DNA of 37,791 nucleotides from a virus (lineage: Duplodnaviria > Caudoviricetes), in the IMG/VR virus record IMGVR_UViG_3300017754_000073, positions 1 to 37,791 of that record. One strand, given 5' to 3'. This document shows positions 25,548 through 35,048 of this stretch, in pieces. The notes beneath the pieces were generated by a model, which had not been told where the DNA came from, ran no database searches, and saw nothing but the letters and a program-made list of their open reading frames with translations. A program made the translations under genes and the position numbers. Numbering within the stretch: position 1 is the stretch's first letter; each line of letters begins with the position of its first letter.

Positions 25548-26626
25548 GCGGATACTCCTTGAATTGTCGGCACAGAAACCAGCGACACGGTTAAGATTAC
25601 AGACGGTGTTGCAGGTCGCACAGGGCCAGTTTGCGCAGCGATGTACTGAATTGTAGTTGTGGCGTCAGTGGTTGACCACATCAACTCAACATACTCGTCT
25701 GCGGCCAAATCAACAAACAAGTTCAACGCGCCGATCACATGGCCGTCTATTGAACCGTGCTTGTTCGGCACCGAGAACTGACTGTTGCTGTCGGCAACAT
25801 CGGTCCCGTTCTTGCGCATCCAGACATCAATGTCGTGAATGTTGGAGTCAGTGTTGACCATCTGAATGCTGAACTGGACGTTGTAGGTGCCAGCAACCTC
25901 GCACTTGATTTTGGACTTGCATGTGCCGGTGATCGTGGTGGACGCCACTGTTTGCGATATGCTGACCTGATACGTACCCGTGCTGCCGTCTGTGCCGGTA
26001 AGCTGCGACACGATGCGGGTGCCTACCGTAACACCAGTGCCCGTGATCGTCATGCCGGGGTAAATTGGCCCAGACGTGATGGCCGTCACGGTCATAGTGG
26101 TCGTGGCAATCGACGCCGTGAACACGGCTGTGCGGTCCACCAGCGTGACGTTCTTGCTGAACTGTGTGGTGTCGTACAGAACAGGATACGCCGTGGTTGT
26201 TGACCCGTCCGGCTGATTGGCAGTGCTGTAAAACGACCCATAAATCAACTGCGGAACCTGCGGCGTGTGGACCGGCTGCATCGCAATCGAATCGACCTGC
26301 TTTTGCAACTCGGCAACTTGGTCCAGCAATCCCACCGGCTGCTGCGTCAGGTCATTGATCTGCTTTTGCAACTCGGCAATCTGCGCCAGCAACCCGTCCT
26401 GCGAAGGGTTGATGTCACCAGCCGCCTTGTCGATGATGGCGTTGATCTCGTCAACAGTCAGGCTTGGTGGGCCTTTTTGCAAGTCGCCCAGCGACACCTC
26501 GCTGCCACCAGTCAGTTGACTGAGCGACAGCAGGAACAGATACCACGGCATCGAGACGAACCCTGTCTCCGGGTTCAGGAAAGGAACCCGTGGCTGCGTG
26601 ATTGGGACAATGCTGGGGTTAGGCAT
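25544..26626 (-). CDS. Tail needle-like protein (coiled coil + beta-rich tip)
   Basis: Follows the gp10-like gene; heptad repeats; YGSFYS...[10 protein letters not shown]...DVWMRKNG C1q-like tip. Confidence 0.65.
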   Translation of the reverse strand: MPNPSIVPITQPRVPFLNPETGFVSMPWYLFLLSLSQLTGGSEVSLGDLQKGPPSLTVDEINAIIDKAAGDINPSQDGLLAQIAELQKQINDLTQQPVGLLDQVAELQKQVDSIAMQPVHTPQVPQLIYGSFYSTANQPDGSTTTAYPVLYDTTQFSKNVTLVDRTAVFTASIATTTMTVTAITSGPIYPGMTITGTGVTVGTRIVSQLTGTDGSTGTYQVSISQTVASTTITGTCKSKIKCEVAGTYNVQFSIQMVNTDSNIHDIDVWMRKNGTDVADSNSQFSVPNKHGSIDGHVIGALNLFVDLAADEYVELMWSTTDATTTIQYIAAQTGPVRPATPSVILTVSLVSVPTIQGVSA

Positions 26627-28052
26627 TCGTCGGACTCACCATCAGTTCAGCGCCCATGATGGCGATCTTCACAGGGTCGGTGCCCGACACCTCGTAAACG
26701 CGATCACGCAGCTTGAGCGTCATGCCCAGCCTGCGCCAGATGGCACGGCGATAGTATTCGCCGATCTTGCCGATGCTGACCCAGTGCTCGTTGGACCATG
26801 TGTGCCCGCCATCGTCTGACCAGCGCAGCATGACCTCGGGGTCGCTGCCTTGCCCGAGGTTCAGACCGACACCTGTCTCGCAGTCAAGCTGGAGGCTGTG
26901 ATGCGCGGTGCGCTTCAGGTTGTTCTGGCCGGTGGGCAGTGCTCTCCACGAACGCAGCCACTTCTGAATGCTGCCGTTGTCCGAGAAGTCGTCCAGATCA
27001 AACGAGTAGACGTTGCCGTTCTGGTAATCGCCCACCAACACATTGCTGCCGAAAAACGCCTGGCAGTTACTGCGGTGGCGTGTGAAGTCGCCGTTGGCAA
27101 ACCCAGCACGTTCATGCCACGCCTGCGTTGCCACATCGTAGACCCAAGTCGTGTCTGCGCTGGGGAAAATCAGCACGTAGAAGCTGTGGCCGTCTTGCTG
27201 GTAGGTGTAGCCGATGGCGTCCGACAGGTTGCCGTATTGCTGGATGTGCCACTCGACTGCGTGGGTCGAAATGCGTTGACCCGAGTAGCCGTTGGCCCGG
27301 TAGACCATGCCCTGACCACGAGCGTCTTTACCCAGCCAGAACAAGCCGTTGTCCATCTTGGCAATCGAATAGGCCGCAGCGCAACCCAACTCGTTGAATG
27401 CGCCTTGAATGCGAGAAAAAGGGAAGTCAGCGTTGCCGCTGTTGTACCAAACCTCGATGGAGTTGGTACCGTAGACCCACAGTTGCCCGTGGTCCACGAT
27501 GATGCCGACCACGCCGTCAGGAGAGCCTTCGGCGCTGGCAAAGTCGAGTGGGTCAACAAGGGTGCCCTCAAGCAGCGCGGTGACCCAGATTTTCTGGCTG
27601 TTTGGCTCGTTGAACACGAAGTAGCCGTCCAAGTAACCCACGGTGACAGCACCGGGGAAATCTGGGTCGGTGATCTGCTGGAACACGTTGGTCAGCGAGT
27701 TGTAGATAAACGAGGGGCCGTTGCAGGCAATAAACAACTGGGTGCCGTTGTCGGACATGCTGACCGGCCCGCTGTTGCCCGACACAGTACCTATCAGGGT
27801 CACCACGTAGTTTGATGTGACCTTGTACAGTTGACTGCCGCTGACCACGTACAGATTGCCAGCCAGCACCCACAGTCCACGAACGGGGCCGGTGCCAACC
27901 GTAAACTCCAGCTTGAGGCCGGGAGCGCGGTTCAAAAACGCAGGCTCCTTGCCAGCCTCGGGCACGATCTCGGGGAACAGGTTGACCATGCGGGCATCCG
28001 CAGCGTTGACACTGCGGGCCACGTAAGATGAGCCGAGGATGGGTGTCTTCAT
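26619..28052 (-). CDS. P22 gp10-like tail hub / DNA stabilization protein
   Basis: [43 protein letters not shown]. Confidence 0.9.
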   Translation of the reverse strand: MKTPILGSSYVARSVNAADARMVNLFPEIVPEAGKEPAFLNRAPGLKLEFTVGTGPVRGLWVLAGNLYVVSGSQLYKVTSNYVVTLIGTVSGNSGPVSMSDNGTQLFIACNGPSFIYNSLTNVFQQITDPDFPGAVTVGYLDGYFVFNEPNSQKIWVTALLEGTLVDPLDFASAEGSPDGVVGIIVDHGQLWVYGTNSIEVWYNSGNADFPFSRIQGAFNELGCAAAYSIAKMDNGLFWLGKDARGQGMVYRANGYSGQRISTHAVEWHIQQYGNLSDAIGYTYQQDGHSFYVLIFPSADTTWVYDVATQAWHERAGFANGDFTRHRSNCQAFFGSNVLVGDYQNGNVYSFDLDDFSDNGSIQKWLRSWRALPTGQNNLKRTAHHSLQLDCETGVGLNLGQGSDPEVMLRWSDDGGHTWSNEHWVSIGKIGEYYRRAIWRRLGMTLKLRDRVYEVSGTDPVKIAIMGAELMVSPTNA

Positions 28053-28762
28053 CAGAAGTTACCTGCGTAGATGTTGAATCGCTGACGATTTGCCACCACG
28101 GCGTAGGGCAGGCTCATCACATCGTATGGGTTGTTGATGCGCTTCAGGTTGCGCTTGCTAGTCATGGCGATGCGCTGCACCTGTGGGCTTGGCTCCACGC
28201 CAAACTCGGGTGCGATCTCCATCGCCAAGTTGTAGGCAAACGCCCGCATGTAACCCGGTGGGAAATGCAACTGGGTGCTCAGTGTGGCAGGCTGCGTCAA
28301 CTCTTGCACCGAGATAAAGTGCCACTCCAAGACCTGTGTGGGCTTGGGGTAAACGTACATCTCCACATCGGGAAAGGTGTTGTTGACAAAAATGACCTGC
28401 GGAAAGGTCGATGTCGATGTCTTGACAGCGATGCCGTTGTATTGGTCTTGGTTGATGAACTTGATGCCATACGACACGCCGCTTGGGGCTTTGTAGTAGG
28501 TGCCGTCATCAAGTTGGATGGGGCGGTTGCCCACAAAGTCACCAGACGGGCCAAGGGTGCGCTTGATCTCACCAGCAGGCCACGAGAAGATTTGGTCTTG
28601 GGTGCAGAACACAGACAGACGCTCTGTGTTCCAGCTATCCACCATTTGTTGAAGCGCCACCAACGCATCCTGCGATGTTGCCGCTGACGCCGTTTCACCT
28701 TCGGCAAGAATGCCGAGCAGACGCAGTGCTCGGTTGATCTGATCGCCAGCGGTATATGCCAT
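28052..28762 (-). CDS. P22 gp4-like head-tail adaptor
   Basis: TAGDQINRALRLLG...DALVALQQMVDSW...YNLAMEIAPEFG. Confidence 0.82.
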   Translation of the reverse strand: MAYTAGDQINRALRLLGILAEGETASAATSQDALVALQQMVDSWNTERLSVFCTQDQIFSWPAGEIKRTLGPSGDFVGNRPIQLDDGTYYKAPSGVSYGIKFINQDQYNGIAVKTSTSTFPQVIFVNNTFPDVEMYVYPKPTQVLEWHFISVQELTQPATLSTQLHFPPGYMRAFAYNLAMEIAPEFGVEPSPQVQRIAMTSKRNLKRINNPYDVMSLPYAVVANRQRFNIYAGNF

Positions 28763-28763
28763 T

Positions 28764-29000
28764 TCAGTTTCCTTCGGATTCGTCGCTTGCCAGCTTTTCG
28801 CTGTTGGGCTGTTCGACAGGTTGTTCGGTCACTTTGCGGGTGTACTTGCGCTTGGGCGCTTCGACTACCGGCGCGGGTGCCACCTCGATGGGCGTAGCAG
28901 GATTGTACCGTGTCCAGCCGTTCTTTTCATCCATCTCAATTTCGGTTTCATTGGTCGCAACTTTTGCGCCATGAATGGGGTGTATAAGGGTGACGTTCAT
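28764..29000 (-). CDS. Hypothetical protein (78 aa)
   Basis: GGAG RBS; HPIHGAKVA...E...DEKNGW. Confidence 0.75.
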   Translation of the reverse strand: MNVTLIHPIHGAKVATNETEIEMDEKNGWTRYNPATPIEVAPAPVVEAPKRKYTRKVTEQPVEQPNSEKLASDESEGN

Positions 29001-29015
29001 TCAAATCTCCATGTG

Positions 29016-29041
29016 AAAACGGGGACCAAAGCCCCCGTTTT
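29016..29041. terminator. Intrinsic terminator, possibly bidirectional
   Basis: AAAACGGGGACCAAAGCCCCCGTTTT: GC stem flanked by A4/T4, downstream of the 133-aa gene. Confidence 0.7.
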
Positions 29042-29058
29042 GCTAGTTGCTCAAGCGA

Positions 29059-29460
29059 TTAGCTGATGCGGTATGCGGTCCAAGTACCATCGCCGGTTTT
29101 ACGGGCGCGGAAATGGGCCGATGTAGCAGCAGCAACAGCGGCAGCACCAACGATGGTCCAGCCAGTGCCGACAGCCAGCGTCACAGCGTCAGAGCCAGAT
29201 GCGTCTGCGTTGACAACAAAGAAGTCAAACGCAGCGTTCACTTTGGATGCGCTAGAGATGTCGGCTTCCACCAATGCCACGGTGGGCAGAGTCAGGTTGC
29301 CAGCAGTGCCGTCGAAAACGAACAAGCCGTTTGCCAACTGAGCAGCAGTCATTGTCGCAGCGGCAGCCACGGCAGTGGGTGCGCCTTGCACAAACAGAGT
29401 AGCTTCGCCAATGTTGCCGTCACCAACTTGGTAACCGCCTGCGCCGTTAGGGAGTGCCAT
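29059..29460 (-). CDS. Putative capsid decoration protein
   Basis: Ala/Thr/Gly-rich 133 aa immediately after the coat gene; AAGGAA RBS. Confidence 0.7.
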   Translation of the reverse strand: MALPNGAGGYQVGDGNIGEATLFVQGAPTAVAAAATMTAAQLANGLFVFDGTAGNLTLPTVALVEADISSASKVNAAFDFFVVNADASGSDAVTLAVGTGWTIVGAAAVAAATSAHFRARKTGDGTWTAYRIS

Positions 29461-29485
29461 GATAATTTCCTTTCAGATTGATTTG

Positions 29486-29506
29486 AAAACAGGGGCCGAA
29501 GCCCCC
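29486..29506 (-). terminator. Hairpin terminator/attenuator after the coat gene
   Basis: Minus strand GGGGC-TTCG-GCCCC-TGTTTT (C-UUCG-G tetraloop). Confidence 0.7.
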
Positions 29507-29514
29507 GCCTTGGA

Positions 29515-30714
29515 TTAGCCCCAGATGCGGCAACCCATTTGTGGACGAATCGTGTTGTAGCCATACAGCACGTCAACACGGCAAGGCATACGGTCGTTGT
29601 TGATGTCGTACTGACGAACAACGCGCAGGCTGATACCGTTGTGAACGGCACGGCTAGCCATGTCAACGCCTTGTGGCAGCAACAGGTCAGCAGTGGCGAA
29701 CGCGATGGCGTCACGGTGGTACACCATGTTCTGTGGATAGCTGGTCGAAGCAGCGCCAGTGAACACAACAGCCTTGCTGTTACCGGGCAGGGACACCATA
29801 GTGCACAGGGCGTTACCAGCCGAGTACATAGGAGCCACGGTCACAGTAGCTGTGGTGGTGACAGTCGAAGACGACAGGGCCACGAACTGGAACAGCGAAC
29901 CGGTGGACTCACGAGTCTGTGGGTTGGCAGCGTAGCAGTCAGCGATAGTGAACACGTCACCAGCGTTGATGGTTTCGCCAGAACCGACAGTCAGAGTCAG
30001 AGTGGTTGCGCCTTCGGAGGTCACAGCAGCGCCGGTTGTGTTGCCAGTGGCAGCACGGGTACCGCAGGTGTGAACCTTGATCGACTGGCTCATGTTGACT
30101 TCTTCGTAGCCCAACACTTGCTCACCCATCATGCCGTTCTTGAACTGGCGAGAGATGACGTCTGTGGGGTTGAAGAAACCAGACAGGCCGTTGACCAATG
30201 CAGCGTTGGCGGCAGGGTTCACGGTAGCGTAGCGAGGCGACATGGTGGCGGCGTTCTCGTTCAGCTTCTGCTGGGCTTGCAACAGCACCAAGGCGGTCGA
30301 TGGGGCAGCGCCGGGAGTACCGACAGAGTTACCGATCAGCTTGTATGCGTTCGCAACGTCAGCGTCCACAGTGGAGGCCAACTGGCTGATACGTGGCTTC
30401 AAGACACGCTCTGCGAAGTCGTCCAACTGCATGGTCAATTCAGCGGATGTGAAGTTGATGCCGATGTGCTTCTGGCTGGAGACAGTCAGAGTGGTGAACT
30501 GTTCGTTGTCGTCCTGAACTTGCAGGGCGGCACCGTCAGTCACCAGAGCGCGGTCGGGCAAACGGATACGCAGTGTGGAACCGATCTTGGCACCTTCAAC
30601 AGCGAAGCTGTCGTCGTACTGGCGGTTCACGTTGCGGGTGATCACGAGGTTGTTTTCGAGAATCTCTAAACTCTTTCTTGTGATCATGTCAATGGTAAGC
30701 AAGCTATTGGACAT
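29515..30714 (-). CDS. Major capsid protein (P22 coat-like)
   Basis: MSNSLLTIDMITRKSLEILENNL...KIGSTLRIRLP...RVDVLYG; strongly biased codons. Confidence 0.93.
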   Translation of the reverse strand: MSNSLLTIDMITRKSLEILENNLVITRNVNRQYDDSFAVEGAKIGSTLRIRLPDRALVTDGAALQVQDDNEQFTTLTVSSQKHIGINFTSAELTMQLDDFAERVLKPRISQLASTVDADVANAYKLIGNSVGTPGAAPSTALVLLQAQQKLNENAATMSPRYATVNPAANAALVNGLSGFFNPTDVISRQFKNGMMGEQVLGYEEVNMSQSIKVHTCGTRAATGNTTGAAVTSEGATTLTLTVGSGETINAGDVFTIADCYAANPQTRESTGSLFQFVALSSSTVTTTATVTVAPMYSAGNALCTMVSLPGNSKAVVFTGAASTSYPQNMVYHRDAIAFATADLLLPQGVDMASRAVHNGISLRVVRQYDINNDRMPCRVDVLYGYNTIRPQMGCRIWG

Positions 30715-30715
30715 T

Positions 30716-31249
30716 TCAATTTCCTTTAAATGATGATGAAGACTGGTGAGGACACACGCCGCCGTTTTTGTGTTTCCCTGTATTACAGTTCATACAAAGA
30801 ACCTGATACCCCGAAGGGAACTTGTTCTTACGAAGCCAGAGGTAGAAACCAATCCCAGAACCTGCGTACAGACCTGATCTTCGCTCCTCGGCACCGTTGT
30901 TGTCAATATGATCTATTGAGAGAAACATTGGCTCACTTTCACCGCAGCAGTTGCACTTGTATCCACCATAGGCTTCAAACACTTGCGCTCTGCACCGATC
31001 TTGATTGCGCTTGGTTTTCGCAGATTCAGCAGCCCTAAGTGCAGCAACTTCTTCTGGTGTCCCATTTGCAATTTTTCGGTTGCGGTGTTCACGTTTATGC
31101 TGACGGTCTTTCAACCGATTCGCTTCACGCCAGTCCCGCATACGCTGATTAACCCATTCCCGGTTGCGCTCTCTGTATCTGGCCGCTGCTTCCTTGTTGC
31201 GTTGCCGCTTCAATTCTTCCGCAGTCAGAGACTGATTATCCTTTTCCAT
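30716..31249 (-). CDS. Free-standing HNH homing endonuclease
   Basis: Basic helical N-terminus; CNCCGE...LSIDHIDNNG...YQVLCMNCN; AT-richer; inserted between scaffold and coat. Confidence 0.88.
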   Translation of the reverse strand: MEKDNQSLTAEELKRQRNKEAAARYRERNREWVNQRMRDWREANRLKDRQHKREHRNRKIANGTPEEVAALRAAESAKTKRNQDRCRAQVFEAYGGYKCNCCGESEPMFLSIDHIDNNGAEERRSGLYAGSGIGFYLWLRKNKFPSGYQVLCMNCNTGKHKNGGVCPHQSSSSFKGN

Positions 31250-31253
31250 GTTT

Positions 31254-31291
31254 ACCTCCTATTTCGGGTAATCATACCCGACTTCGGAGGT
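31254..31291 (-). promoter_or_regulatory. RNA hairpin sequestering the HNH Shine-Dalgarno
   Basis: mRNA ACCUCC-GAAG-UCGGGUA-UGAU-UACCCGA-AAUA-GGAGGU then AAAC-AUG. Confidence 0.75.
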
Positions 31292-32088
31292 CAGCGGTTG
31301 CGAAGTGCCCGTGCCTTGTCCATTTGTCGTTGACGCTCGGCAGCAATCCAGTCCTGAACACTCATGGTCTTGATAGACCGAGGATCGGTGGTGTCAGTGA
31401 CACCAGGATTGGTTGCTCGTGCGGTTACCGGACGAATCGGTTCTGGCGCAGACGAGGTTTTCTTTTGGAAAGGTTCGGCAGTTATCTTAGCCTCGATCTT
31501 TCCGATTTCTCGCGCTTGCAATAGCGGCGACAGACGAGAAATGCGATCAGCTTCTTTGGGGTTGCTGCCCAGCCAGTAGGCCAGATCAGGTCCAAGGTCG
31601 GAGCTTTTGATTGTCTCGGCCATCACATCGGTGACTCGGAGATTCGGGTTGTAGGCGACTTGTTCAAAGTCGTCGTACTTGTTCCGAACTTCTTCTTCAC
31701 GTTCTGCGTAGCTGTCCTCAATCGCTGCTTTTTGCTTCTGGAGTTCACGCTGGTGGAGCATCTCCTCGGCCCGCTTGACTGCCAGTGCTTCCGCATAGGC
31801 TTCAGGGGACTCAAATTGATCCACAGGCGGGAGTTCCTTGGGCACCGATTGCCGCACTTGCATTTCTGCTTGCTTGGCTTGCTGCTCACGTTCCCATTTG
31901 CGCTGTTCTCTTGCGAGGCGCTTGCCGATCATCGAATCGAGTTCAGCTTGAGAGAATTTCTTCTCCTCGGGTGTCTCGTTACTCTGGTCAGCGACTTCCG
32001 GCAGATTTTGTGCATTGTCCGAGGTGGCCGTCACTTCGGGTGCTGGCGCGGAGTCAACTTCCGCTAGGGTTTGGACTTCATCAGTCAT
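31291..32088 (-). CDS. Scaffolding protein
   Basis: Acidic N-terminus, coiled coil, GPDLAYWLGSNPKEADRI...EIGKIEAK, C-terminal MSVQDWIAAER helix; upstream of coat. Confidence 0.85.
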   Translation of the reverse strand: MTDEVQTLAEVDSAPAPEVTATSDNAQNLPEVADQSNETPEEKKFSQAELDSMIGKRLAREQRKWEREQQAKQAEMQVRQSVPKELPPVDQFESPEAYAEALAVKRAEEMLHQRELQKQKAAIEDSYAEREEEVRNKYDDFEQVAYNPNLRVTDVMAETIKSSDLGPDLAYWLGSNPKEADRISRLSPLLQAREIGKIEAKITAEPFQKKTSSAPEPIRPVTARATNPGVTDTTDPRSIKTMSVQDWIAAERQRQMDKARALRNR

Positions 32089-32141
32089 TTTTTACTCGTT
32101 GGAGTGCCCGGTGAACCTCGCCGGTACGGTTGGTTTGAATG

Positions 32142-32450
32142 TTACCGATAGTAACTGATATTCAGCTTTGCACTAGCGGATTGTTCAATGAATCGAATTT
32201 TGCTCAAATCGCCGTCATATTGCAAGGGGATACCCGCTGCAAGAGGCATACCCACCGAAGCGGTTGGGGCAACGCCATCATCGCGCCAACGCACACCTTG
32301 GGTTTCAGCAATGATCAACGCAAATGCTGGTGTGCAGTTGAGTCCGTTTGCGTCAGTTGCGGGCAGCGTCAGCCCAGTGGATGCACTGAGGCTGGTGATC
32401 TGCTGGTATCCCAAGCAGCTTGTGACAATTTTGAGCAGGTTGTTTGCCAT
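32142..32450 (-). CDS. Putative virion protein (102 aa)
   Basis: LGYQQITSL...VRWRDDGVAPTASVGMPL; coupled in the structural operon. Confidence 0.75.
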   Translation of the reverse strand: MANNLLKIVTSCLGYQQITSLSASTGLTLPATDANGLNCTPAFALIIAETQGVRWRDDGVAPTASVGMPLAAGIPLQYDGDLSKIRFIEQSASAKLNISYYR

Positions 32451-34868
32451 TTAGAATCTCCGTGGCGTGGTGAATGAACGAAGGCTATATGTTACTTCGG
32501 TTGACACAGCAGGTGTACCACCAAAATTCCAACCAGTGTTGTTGCCAGCATCACTGTTGCCGTTGCTGTAAAAAGCGTTCCAAGTTGCACCGCCAGCGGC
32601 GTTGATGTCTTTGACGGTCAGATAGCTGGCGCTGACAGTGCCGCTGGCCTGAGACAGTGTGGCCTGAGTGCCAGCAACAGTCGATTGCAGAAACTTCTGA
32701 TTTGTGCCGCTGGTGGCGAATGCGCCCACTGTGCTGGTCGCGCTGGCCTTCAGTTGCACTGTGCCGTTGGTGATGGTGAACGCTCTTGTCGAGCCTTGGG
32801 TCAGCGCATCTTGGAAGGCAAACGTGCCGCCGATGCCGTTGAACGTCAGCGGGAAGTTGAGTGTCTTGCCGTTGGTCGTGATCTGCTGGGTGCCGCTTGT
32901 TGCGCCAAAAATCGTAGCGGCTGAACCAGCGGTCAGCGTCATGCCTGTGCTGATGATCAGATTTCCGTAGATCGTTCTGGTTTCGTTTCCAAGAGTGCCA
33001 GAAAATCCAGTGAAATCCAGATTCTTGACAATGCCAGAGCCAGCGCTTGTGATCGAAACTGTGTCAGTCCCACCAGTGATGGCAAACGAGACAGCGTTGG
33101 CTTCTGTACCACCTGTCGTGCCGTGGGTCAGTGTGCGCGTACCAGTCGAGCCTGCGTAATTGCTGGTAACGGTGGGTGTGCCGGTATAGGTAAAGCCGGT
33201 GGCCGTGTTGAAACCCCAGATCACTGCACTGTTGCCGGTCAAGATGATCTGACCAGTTCCAAAAGCAATCGCACGGGTGTTTGTGTTGCTGCTGCTGAAA
33301 CGATAGCAGGTCAGTGTCAAGTTGTTCAGGTCAATCGTTCCAGACGTTAACGTGAAGTTCGACGTGTTGTTCTGAACAAAATTGCTACCAAGTTTGAAAG
33401 TGCCAGAGCCACTGTCCACCACTACGACCTGCGTAAACGATACGCCAGCCGAAGTGATGGTCTGAGTGCCGCGACCAGAGAATGTTGTTGTACCCGTGCC
33501 GCTGAGTGTCAAGGACGAGAACAAGGTCACATTGCCGCTGATGAACGGTGTGGTGGTTCCTGTTGCCAGCGTGAAGGCGGTGCTGCGGTTGGACACCCCA
33601 TCTGCCATCTGGATCGCGCCAATCCACCAGTTGGTTTCAACTGTGACCGTGCCAGCCGCGCCCGCCTCGGTGAACGTGGCTGTGTCTTGCGGCAACGGGA
33701 AGTTGTTGGCAGCAGGAGCGCCGTTGTTGGTTGTGGCCCAGCCAGTGGCCGACCAGTTTTGAGTGCCAGCAAGGTTCCAATAAACCGTCTTGACCGCATC
33801 TGCCGTGATGTTGGTGTTGCCACCGGCATCGCCAATTCGAGTGCCGGTCCAAGGTGTTGCAACGCTTCCAGCGACTGTGATGTCGCGGAAGCTCACATCG
33901 GCAAGAGTTGCCAAAGAGCCGTTGAGCGTGATGGTTCGAGCAGTCCCGACTACGCTGGAGGCAACTTGAATCCTGCGAACTGCGGTATTGGCGGCACCAA
34001 GAGTCAAAGCGCCAGAGACGGTCTGGTTGCCAGCAAGCGACAAACCGCGAATTCCTGTTGACCCAACACTGGTCAAAGTCACGTTGTTGAACGTGTTTGA
34101 GCCATTGATGGTGTTGGTTCCGCTTGCGTTGTTGGTAAAAGCAATGTTGTAGAAGGTTTGACTTCCACCAGACAACACTGGATTTCCACCAGTTAGCGTG
34201 ATGGTGGATGTGCCAGCATTAAATGTCAGGTTGGTGGACGTTGAAAAATCAAGAGGGCCAGCACTGCCACCAAGCGTCAAAGAAGACGATCCAAACGAAA
34301 TTGTTCTGGCATTGGATGTGCTGGATACAAGCGCATTGGCGGTGATGTTGAAGTTGCCTGTGTCGAATGTTCCGCGACCGACAGAGATGCTGGAGCTAGA
34401 TGCAGTGAGTGCGCTGCCCAATGTCCAGCCACCGCCTATGCCGTTGAACACGATGCCCAAACCACCTGGAATGCTGACGCCGTTTGTCGTAATGGTCTTG
34501 CCCGTGGTGGTGGACATGAACCAAAGTGCGGCTGTGCTGGCCGACACGGACAACGCAAGGTTGGATGCTGGAAAGGTCAGGCTTCCGTAGCAGTACAGAT
34601 AACCCGTGCTGCCAAATGCCAGCGTCATTGCTCCATCAAGAGCGCCGCCAGCGCCGCCCGTGCTGAAGTCAGCGCAGTTCGATGGGACGCTGCTGGTGCC
34701 GTCAACCGTGACGGTGAAGGTGCCAGTGCCTACGTTGGAGCCTGCGTCGAAGATGACGTTATCGGCTGACGTGGGGACAGAAGCGCCGCCAGCACCGCCA
34801 GAAGATGCTGACCAACGTGCGGTGTCAGACCAGTTGCCGCTTCCACCAACCCAGTAACGATCAGCCAT
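32451..34868 (-). CDS. Repetitive Gly/Thr/Ser-rich fibre or adhesin-like protein (805 aa)
   Basis: RYWVGGSGNWSD..RWS..SGG.GGASVPT..DNVIFD start; beta-solenoid-like repeats. Confidence 0.75.
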   Translation of the reverse strand: MADRYWVGGSGNWSDTARWSASSGGAGGASVPTSADNVIFDAGSNVGTGTFTVTVDGTSSVPSNCADFSTGGAGGALDGAMTLAFGSTGYLYCYGSLTFPASNLALSVSASTAALWFMSTTTGKTITTNGVSIPGGLGIVFNGIGGGWTLGSALTASSSSISVGRGTFDTGNFNITANALVSSTSNARTISFGSSSLTLGGSAGPLDFSTSTNLTFNAGTSTITLTGGNPVLSGGSQTFYNIAFTNNASGTNTINGSNTFNNVTLTSVGSTGIRGLSLAGNQTVSGALTLGAANTAVRRIQVASSVVGTARTITLNGSLATLADVSFRDITVAGSVATPWTGTRIGDAGGNTNITADAVKTVYWNLAGTQNWSATGWATTNNGAPAANNFPLPQDTATFTEAGAAGTVTVETNWWIGAIQMADGVSNRSTAFTLATGTTTPFISGNVTLFSSLTLSGTGTTTFSGRGTQTITSAGVSFTQVVVVDSGSGTFKLGSNFVQNNTSNFTLTSGTIDLNNLTLTCYRFSSSNTNTRAIAFGTGQIILTGNSAVIWGFNTATGFTYTGTPTVTSNYAGSTGTRTLTHGTTGGTEANAVSFAITGGTDTVSITSAGSGIVKNLDFTGFSGTLGNETRTIYGNLIISTGMTLTAGSAATIFGATSGTQQITTNGKTLNFPLTFNGIGGTFAFQDALTQGSTRAFTITNGTVQLKASATSTVGAFATSGTNQKFLQSTVAGTQATLSQASGTVSASYLTVKDINAAGGATWNAFYSNGNSDAGNNTGWNFGGTPAVSTEVTYSLRSFTTPRRF

Positions 34869-34870
34869 AT

Positions 34871-35038
34871 TTACTCCAGATTGCTGTTTGCGATTTCGAC
34901 AACAGCGTCAGTCCAGTTCTTGAGCCGTTGCTGCTTCATCGCCTCGATTTCCTGGTCCGATGGTACTTCATCGGGGAAAACCAAAGCGTCAGCAAACTTG
35001 CCGTGTTCGGTGTCAAACTCAAAAGGTATTGTGGTCAT
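34871..35038 (-). CDS. Small acidic protein (55 aa), possible fibre chaperone
   Basis: Below ORF-track cutoff: MTTIPFEFDTEHGKFADALVFPDEVPSDQEIEAMKQQRLKNWTDAVVEIANSNLE; AAGGA RBS; fills the gap between the two fibre genes. Confidence 0.75.
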   Translation of the reverse strand: MTTIPFEFDTEHGKFADALVFPDEVPSDQEIEAMKQQRLKNWTDAVVEIANSNLE

Positions 35039-35048
35039 GCCGCGATCC

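Noticed and set aside
29051-29067. TCAAGCGATTAGCTGAT as a sixth operator
   Set aside because: Right half-site does not match and no promoter element overlaps it.
22504-30669. Large plus-strand ORFs in the structural region (410, 321, 219, 376 aa)
   Set aside because: Antisense to well-supported structural genes; an expected by-product of biased codon usage.
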